A stretch of DNA of 41,365 nucleotides from Paraglomus brasilianum (taxonomy: Eukaryota): NCBI GenBank assembly GCA_910592345.1, contig CAJVPI010000221.1, positions 1 to 41,365 of the forward strand, read 5' to 3'. Below the pieces are notes generated by a model. The model was not told the origin of the DNA. It saw only the letters and a list, made by a program, of their open reading frames with translations, and did not search any database. Below are positions 33,459 through 41,365 of this stretch, piece by piece (position 1 is the first letter of the stretch; each line of letters begins with the position of its first letter). Made by a program: the position numbers and the translations under genes.

Positions 33459-36400
33459 CTTTGGGAAAATCGCTACAAAAGCTCACAATGGTCTACTTAT
33501 CTTGCCAACCGGTCCGGTCTGTGACAACATGTTACACGACTATACGGTCAACCAATCAATATAAATTGTGAGACATTAAACTTGTGCGACATATACATAT
33601 ATTACGATTATCCCTCCAAGTATGCTGTATAATAATTTCCATTCTTCATTTTATCTCAAACCGTCTTCGACTTCTTCGCGAGAGCCATTCGGTAAAGAGT
33701 CAAGTCCGTTAGGTCGATTCTCGTAGAAGGTCTGATATTTTCGTAATTTGTTTGTGCCGGTGTGAGGGGGGTATGATGTCAGTTGTGTTGGTGAGTTCAT
33801 CTATTATCGTGGATGGTGTTGTTGTAGAGAGAGAGCGGAATAAGATCATACATGACAGGTGCGTTCGTTGTTGAAAACTCACTTTACAGGACATTATCCC
33901 AAAAATGATGTACGCTTCTATATGACGATCTTCACATCATAATAGTGAGATTGCGCAAGCCGTTCCAAGCAATGCTCTGAATTTCGCACAGCGTGTGTCT
34001 TTCCCTTGTTGTTGTAATTTGCTGGAGAGAATATCTATTACCGATTTGGATTTATTGCATCATATACAGTATGGGTCGAGAATTGAAATGCATCATTTGT
34101 TTATCACAATATTTGTGCTTGGTGAAAATTAGTAAGTTATAGTGCTCGTCTTTTGACAATTCTTCTGATAATAAATAACAGCGTAGCGAAGAAGAATACG
34201 TATATATATCCGAATGGAGAGAATGTCTAATTTGGGTAATAAAGAATCATACATATTCAACTGGGTGGATGATGATAATGAAATTGGGCCGAAAAGTCTG
34301 TTTGCACGTTAAAACTCGATGGTAATTAATTAACTGAAACTCACGTGAATTATATTTGTGGGAACATGATTTTTAGTGAGCCCAAACGTCGACAATCATC
34401 TGATTTATAATGGTTGGAAGGAGTAGTAGTTGATAATTCAACATAAAAATTTATTGCATCGCATCGTACTGAGTTGAGATCACATGAATACATTAACAGT
34501 ACAGTTAGCGAGTTTTTCTTGTACATTTATCAGAGGTAGTGTGCTCCATTGTCTAATAACCTGATAAGGTGCAAATAATTATCTCTGTTTAGCGATAGGG
34601 TTACTCTTAAACAACCAACGGTCTAAAAAATCCAAGACATCTATCTATCGCTATCGATAGTAATAATGAAAATTGGACAAAGGTCGATCTATTAATATAA
34701 CTCTTCCAAGACAAATTTAGTTAATTGAACAAATTCTATAAAAGCAAACTTTCTCGTCAACCATGAAAAAGATAATGCAATCAACCAAAGATAACCGATA
34801 TAGCATCTACCACAAATTAGATTCTTCAGCACTTTTTCATAGCTTTGAAATAGTGTCTTTACTCCATCAAATTAAACTCGCTCCCAAGCATCGAATACTA
34901 TGATTATTTTAAACACCTTATGCTTTTAAATGAAATACAAACTTAAAGAATTATAATCATACTAACACAATTTTCACATAATACTGTAAGATAAGAGTAA
35001 CTATATTGCTTTGATTAAAAACACGTCAATTGCCGTCTGCTTTATACATTATTATTATTAATAATTTCATACATTCACGCGTCCGTAGTTTTCTTGCAGT
35101 TGTATGACGAAACGAAGAACGCCTCTAAGTGTTCGCAGGATTGCAAAAATTTACAATACAGTCGGTAATTTGATAATATCATCAATTTTGCTATCACCGA
35201 CATGCACGTTCTTCAAAACTTATCAATGCTCATATTATTAACTAAGTTCTGCAAATATTTCGAGTTAGTGACAAGGTATATATGAGTTTGTGCAATATGA
35301 AAATAGAAAGTAAAATGCTCATCCATTTCCTAACTCTAAGTTTAAAAATAAAGCATGCTGTGCGTGTATGGACTCATTGTATAAAACGTAAAAAGAAGCT
35401 TATCGAATTTATTTAATATTACTGGAAGAATTTTCACCTAGAAATAGTACCCACAGATATTTGAGCCGAAGGAACGGAGAGTTATTTGGTTGTTTCTGTA
35501 GGCAAGAAGTGTATCGAGTGATAATGATGAAGGAATGCGCACAAATAAACGGAGTAGAGTGATATTAAGATTTGGAAGATGCGAAAAGGATACGGAAAGC
35601 GTATTCCAATAGCTTCTTCGACAAACATATCAGCAAACGAAAAGGCGTGTTATAAGATTCTTCCAAATGTCAGTAAAATACGAGCGTGGATGCTCAAAGA
35701 AAACCCGAGAAACATTAATATGAAGAAAGAATGTGAACTGGCTGAATGTTTGAATGACGAAGAAAGAGACTCGCTACAAAGACCTAACATTATTGCAATC
35801 AACTTATGTTATAATCATCGTCAAGTTTTACTTAGTCTCTTCAAGAATAACAGATTATCATGAATAAAGGAGAATAATTAAACAAGTCGCTTATCAATGC
35901 ATTTCTCATAATCTAAACTACTGTGTCTTTCCCAATATTACAACAGGTTTCTTATGCAATTTAGATGGACTCTGTTCGATTCGTTTATGACTAATCCCAT
36001 TCCTGTATTACTTATTGGAGTTAAGTTAGTAACAGTTCATATCTTTGTCAAATTGTGTATAAGCAATTGCTTAACTAGTCAAAAACAAAAGAAAGTGGTA
36101 TACAAAATTTTCCGACAATAATAATATTGGCGGCATGTTTATGTTTGAGTGTAAAATTTACAAGAGTATTTATTGATTGTCAACTCAGACGGGTTTTTGA
36201 GGCTAGACCGATATGTATAGCCTATTGTGCTAAGCAAGCATTTGTACTGTCGTTGCTGTTCTATCAGTTGTACGCTAGGTGCATTTGTTAATGGTCTTTC
36301 TTTGAACAATGTTAAAGATGGGCTATGTAGATTGAGATAAGTATATTGATTGAGCGAGCCCTAAGACAAAGATAGTGATACGAGCTAACTTTGGTATTGT

Positions 36401-36595
36401 CTTCACTCAAGCATTTGTTATCAATTGTTTACAAAACTGCGGTTGATACATGCAATCAGTGGCAAAATTTATACTATAATATCTTGTACTATGAAAAAGG
36501 CAATGATTAAATGACTGAGCATACCAGTTTAAAAATAAATTTGTGAACAGGTGTTAAATATCCCATAATAATAAGCTAATTTGTCTGTTTGTAGA

Positions 36596-36869
36596 GCGCA
36601 CTCTATTTTCGATGTACTTTATCTTGATAATTGTAACCATTTTTAATGCGTATTAGTATGAACACGAGATTGTGCAAAATAGAAATTTCGATTTTAATTT
36701 ATCGATTTTTTGTGCGTGGCATAAAACTTTGTCTTTGTTGAATGATTGGGCGATCGCATTATTGTATTACATCAATCTGTTGGTTCTATTTCTATGTCCG
36801 CAAATAAATGATCAGCAATCATAGACGGAAATAGATCAAACCCCCGAAACATCTAAAAATAGAGCGCGC
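36596..36869. mobile_element. ~275-bp MITE-like element
   Basis: Imperfect 20-bp terminal inverted repeats GCGCACTCTATTTTCGATGT ... ACATCTAAAAATAGAGCGCGC. No clear target-site duplication. Confidence 0.55.
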
Positions 36870-37113
36870 GATTCAGTGTACTGCATATTAGTATAGCACT
36901 CATTTTTGTTTCTAAACAATTTTCCCGATAATGTCATACCGCTTTAAATATCATCATTATGATAATCATGCTATCACAAAACCATATATGTACATTGACA
37001 TTGCATAACGTAAAATACAATCTTATACTTATAAACAGAACACGTCTCAGAAAGGCAAACTCCATAGTCGACAATGAACCAGCGTGCAGCCACGGTTTTC
37101 TCCGACTGTTGGT

Positions 37114-37121
37114 TATATAAA
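37114..37121 (+). promoter_or_regulatory. TATA box of the C2 gene
   Basis: TATATAAA about 90 bp upstream of ATG 37208. Confidence 0.5.
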
Positions 37122-37207
37122 CGCCTTCTCTCGCTCTTTAAATTCTCACTGTGCTAACAGCAGAAACAAGTCACCCAATATACATCAACGAACAGAGCTT
37201 TAAAAAA

Positions 37208-37969
37208 ATGGCATCACCCAAATCAACGATTATAATTCTCTTATTTGCAATTTTCTGCCTCTTGAGTCATGTCAGTGCAAAAACGCCCATTGGCGCGGTC
37301 AAAGTTGTTATCCGTAGGTATCAGAGCCTTCTTGACAAGCTATATATACGCGGTATTAGGATATTAATATACAATTGTTTTATCAAAGTTAATGGAGAAG
37401 AATTGACTGACAAAGATCCAGGAGGTGGGTTATATCAACCTGTCAATTTGTCTCATTTAACCACTGTCTCCTACTAATGCACTATTCTTCCTTTACCAGC
37501 CGACCTTAGTAAGGATTATTTTGTATTCGAATAATAACAAATCGTATTGTATCGACTAAAATATTGCGTATTATTGATTCTATAGGCGACCCGTATGTTA
37601 AATTATGGGTCGATGGAAATCCTAAGCAAAAGTCGACGGTTAAAAAGAACACACTATTCCCTTTTTATGATGAAACTTTTGTCTTTCCTCTCTACAGTGG
37701 ATCTCGCAAGCTCCATATCGAAGTTTGGGATAAGGATTCTGGTCGCAACAAAGATGATCTGGTATTACAGTATGCAGCAATATTATAATTAATTAATGTA
37801 TTGAATTATATTAACTTTTTATTACTGATAGATGGGCAGGGCCGTAATCTCTTTGGACAGCTTGTGTAAACCTAGTGCAGCGGAACCGGTGTGTACTGTC
37901 GATGGTGCGTTCGCCGAGTTTGATAACTCACACTTTAATTACCTCAGGTTCGACTTTACGAGGTTTTAG
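37208..37969 (+). CDS. Small secreted single-C2-domain protein, ~154 aa (exons 37208-37313, 37389-37424, 37500-37508, 37586-37761, 37832-37969)
   Basis: Signal-peptide-like MASPKSTIIILLFAIFCLLSHVSA, then C2 motifs VKVVILNGEELTDKD..SDPYVKL..KSTVKKNTLFPFYDETFVF..LHIEVWDKD..DDL/MGRAVISL. All GT-AG splice junctions keep the frame. Confidence 0.85.
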
Positions 37970-38987
37970 TAATTATTCATAGGTAATTTGTTGCAATAAA
38001 AGACGTAAGATTATTATGTAATAAATCTTTGCAATAAATATTGGACCACATATATACTGGCTTAGTGATCCTCGTAACCAAATTTGTGGTGGTAGATAAA
38101 AATTTTCTCCTGACAAGACTCTTGAGTAACTGGATTCAAAAGCAAACCCTATTTAGAATATAAAGGTAGAAATAAATATGTGAGCCAAGGTTATAATAAG
38201 TTGCATTTTCCAGTATATCTGGCGTATCAAAAAAGAAGCGCTGGCTTCCTAACCGAACTTTAAACTGAAAGAGAGAATTAATACCAGAGAAACGAGTAAA
38301 ACTAATATAATATGGTCTAATTTATAAGAAAAACAACTGGAGGCTATGACATGTTTGAATTTATGAGGTAAGGACAAAAAATTAATAAAAAAACTAATTT
38401 TTTTTTTTTTTTTTTGCTTGCAATATAACATAAATCTATCAGTATTGAAAGACTCGTAATTTTGGAAACTATTGAATACTAGCGCATTTAGTTTTCAAGA
38501 CTTGCTTTAAACTACTCGAATAATTTTCTGTTGCGTGAGGACTTTGATCGACAGAAGAGCGTCCATTCGTCATCTAACGATCGTGGCTGTGACACCAATA
38601 AACTCGTGAGGACCAAAGTCAGTGGTTAAATTATTATAGTAACCTTATAACCACACACATAGATAACTGAATTTGGTAAAAAAAATTTTATTTCAAGTAC
38701 GCAACCAACTGAACAATTTACACATTGAAATTTACTTTAACAAAGCCATCCGTTCAACAGAATTGCCTCAATAATCTGAAAGATTCGTTATTCCGAAAGC
38801 AATGTAATAATTTACGCGATATCTTCCGACATGGAATACATTGATTTCAATGGCATCAACAAGAGCTGTATCCTTTTACTCATTAAAACTTGTTACACTA
38901 AAAACGCACACTTTCAGCTAATGATATTGTTTTAACGTTAAAAAACAATGGATTGATATATTCGTTGTTCATGCTTAAACATACGCT

Positions 38988-39821
38988 CAGCAAGCGAGAA
39001 TGAATTGCTAACTAGTTTGGTTAAAAAAAAAAAAAGACAATTCAACCAATCCGAATTATTGACATAATTCTTATACGACCGACTTGTTTAACGCGAACAT
39101 CGATATAGTTAGGAGTATTAAATATCTGTTAGCACCCTATTATGAGAACATGGCATACGTTTTAGTACTCTGTCACAATTAATTTACGTGCTGACAAGCT
39201 TTGTTGAACGTGCATTGTTGCTTCTCAACGTCCAAAATATTCCGATGTGGTTTTACTTCAGTATCCATATCTGGCGGTGTTCATTAATTTGTTTAGACGT
39301 CCTCATACGAATCAGGACAGCAAATTGCTCACTGACAGTATTCAAAATGTAAAGAAGTTATTATATTGTATATGCAAGGAGTTCAAACTACACTGCCAGA
39401 AAGACATGATTAACGGGTTCATAACAAGTGTTTTGTGTGAATAGTTTAATCGTAATTCCGTAGAATTAGAATCTGATAGTCTTCATCATAGAAGTAATCA
39501 ATTCGCTTACTTTTAACGTCGATGGTTAGTATACTCGTAGACGGGGGCGAATTTGGAGATAACTACAATTTAATGCTATTCCCGTTATTGGTAAAGCAGA
39601 CAGACTAACGCCAAGCGAGTAGATACACAGTATACGTATTAGTTTATCAACTTAAACTTTTATTTTACTTCAAACTAAGATATTCCTCATTGATAAATAT
39701 ATTTTGCAGTTTATATATAGTGCAATTTTATTTTGACCAATTTCCTGTTACTTTATTGAGATCCTCTAAGGCATTTGTCTTGTTTTCGGGATTGTTGTCC
39801 TCATTATTTTTATGAAGCATT
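38988..39821. pseudogene. Segmental duplication, copy 2: orphan 3' end of a TPR-gene paralogue
   Basis: Minus-strand 39820-39737 reads MLHKNNEDNNPENKTNALEDLNKVTGN, versus MLHKNNEDGNPENKTNALDDLNKVTGN in the intact gene. The stop TGA is changed to TGG and homology ends abruptly at 39821. Confidence 0.88.
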
Positions 39822-39940
39822 GGTAAGAGTGGATACGATCTGCCCCGAAGACTTCTATAATCAAGTTAAACCATAAAGAGAAAAAGCTATACCAAGCCAT
39901 TCAAAGACAATTTATCCCTAGCATCCTTTATCACTTAATA

Positions 39941-39965
39941 TAGCATAGCATAGCATAGCATAGCA
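39941..39965 (+). repeat. (TAGCA)5 microsatellite
   Basis: Read directly. Confidence 0.9.
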
Positions 39966-40471
39966 CTTTAAATCAAAAGCCGTTTTTGGTGTTGATCATT
40001 GCCAAAAAAATAAAAAGGAAAAGTTTGCATTATGCAAGTAGATGTAATAGGCTGAGTTGAGACACAAACAAACAATAATTTAAACAAGCAATCACTAAGA
40101 AAAATATATAGCTGTCCCTATTGAAACAAAGATATATCGCTAGATGTAATAAATGGTTTGAATCCAATCGATTCTGAGAAAAACGCGTTTGTCTAATTTG
40201 ATTCACTATAGATTTAGTCTTGTTTGATGTCCAAAACATATAAATAATAAATGTAGAACTTGAGCATAGGGAGGCATCAAATCGATGTTGTCATATTCAC
40301 ATTTTTATTTTATTTTTTTTTTGGGAAAAAAAATGCATATGTCTGCGTCAGGTTATTGTGGAAGTTGCAGTATATTGCATGTCATTTGCGTAAAGAGCTA
40401 ATTGAATTATAATATTTTCATCATTATTAAAAACGCCATTTTTGCCACACAAAAATAATCAATTACTAATG

Positions 40472-40965
40472 TTAGGGATACATCCCATGGCAAAAGTCAC
40501 CGACCACCCCTTACATTTGCAAGTAAATGAGAATATTGGCATAATAAACAATACAATCACCGCAAAATTAATACTGAATTTAGCGCAATATGTTAGGTAG
40601 TAAAATTAGGTTATGCGACTTGCATATTTAAAAAATCGGTAAAAGCATTTCACATATAACTTTACACACATTTACACACATTTAAAAACGCAAAAGAAGC
40701 GCTATCATATTTATAAATATTACCCGAATATCTTGCTTTTTCGTTGAGAAACTAGGGTACTATTCAATAGTCGCCGACCGTCCCATAAATATAAATAGCA
40801 ATGCAATTACCCGTGAAATTAATACTGAAGTTAGCGCATCTAGTGTACAACATATTAATATTTGCAGTATGTTAGCTAGTAATATGATAAAATTTCTATT
40901 ACCAACATTTGTGTTGCCAAAAAAGCTAACATCAAGTTATGTGACCTGAAAGTTTAAGAAATCAT
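40472..40965 (+). repeat. Diverged direct repeat pair (about 40472-40640 and 40752-40965), probable transposon-end remnants
   Basis: Shared blocks TAGGG..AGTCrCCGACC, AAATTAATACTGAAkTTAGCGCA, TATGTTAGsTAGTAA and GTTATGyGAC. Confidence 0.6.
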
Positions 40966-41365
40966 TCATTCGAAATCGCAAAAAACATTACATACGTGAT
41001 AGATTTAGCTACCCTATATTAATTACGTGATCAATTTCAGGTTAGCTTCAGCCCCACCTATATTAAATGTTATTTCCTAGGTCCAGGAATTGGGAGGCTT
41101 TCTTGACAAATTTCCTAGTAACGGTGTTATTGGGGTTTTGGAGCCCCTGCATCTAGTGAGAGATTAAAAAGAAGCTAAAAGATCTAAATTTTGTTACGGT
41201 CGGGAATTAAATGGAGTTTTGGGAGAGCGATTTATCTTTTCGTGTGTAGGTGTGTTCGCCGACCGGGGGATGTTACCAGGCTTAGCTTGTACTATCGCCC
41301 TTACTACGATAGTTGTGCAATTAAGACTGAATTAAGCCTCAAGTGACCTATTTTAATTATGCGCG

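Noticed and set aside
33459..33486. ORF-track GTG start giving a 1098-aa TPR protein
   Set aside because: A non-ATG start is unlikely in a fungus; the spliced ATG at 33458 (or ATG 33324) fits better.
35450..35870. Purine-rich coding-looking stretch including a 94-aa ORF
   Set aside because: Possibly a gene relic, but I recognise no family and cannot build a gene model.
30190..39821. Diversity-generating retroelement (template/variable repeat) reading of the duplicated 3' end
   Set aside because: No reverse transcriptase in the window, differences are not adenine-specific, and the duplicate excludes the variable TPR units.

Overview
Eukaryotic, AT-rich, intron-rich fungal DNA. The expanded-family genes (BTB-BACK-TLDc, Cys-rich TKL-type kinase, TPR) point to Mucoromycota, probably Glomeromycotina; this taxon is inferred. 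I rebuilt exon structures by hand for five conserved housekeeping genes: SDH2, PEX10, CCT7, dCMP deaminase and RVS161/hob3. Also present are an intronless ACU/Na,K-type P-type ATPase, a BTB-TLDc gene, a multi-module kinase, a small secreted C2-domain gene and much DNA-transposon debris (pogo/Tc1 ends, nested MITEs, an Academ/DUF6589-like remnant). The most interesting locus is a ~1041-aa gene at 30190-33458 (-) with a U-box/RING-like domain and eight near-identical 102-bp TPR units. These units vary mainly at ligand-groove codons, one of which lies at the centre of a DNA palindrome. The gene's N-terminal half has almost no CpG, and an orphan copy of its 3' end lies ~9.5 kb away. I read it as a candidate variable-specificity E3 ligase or NLR-like receptor. 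Three pairs of repeat copies in the window also differ by micro-inversions or a newly formed palindrome, which suggests frequent template switching. All calls come from reading the sequence; no searches were run.
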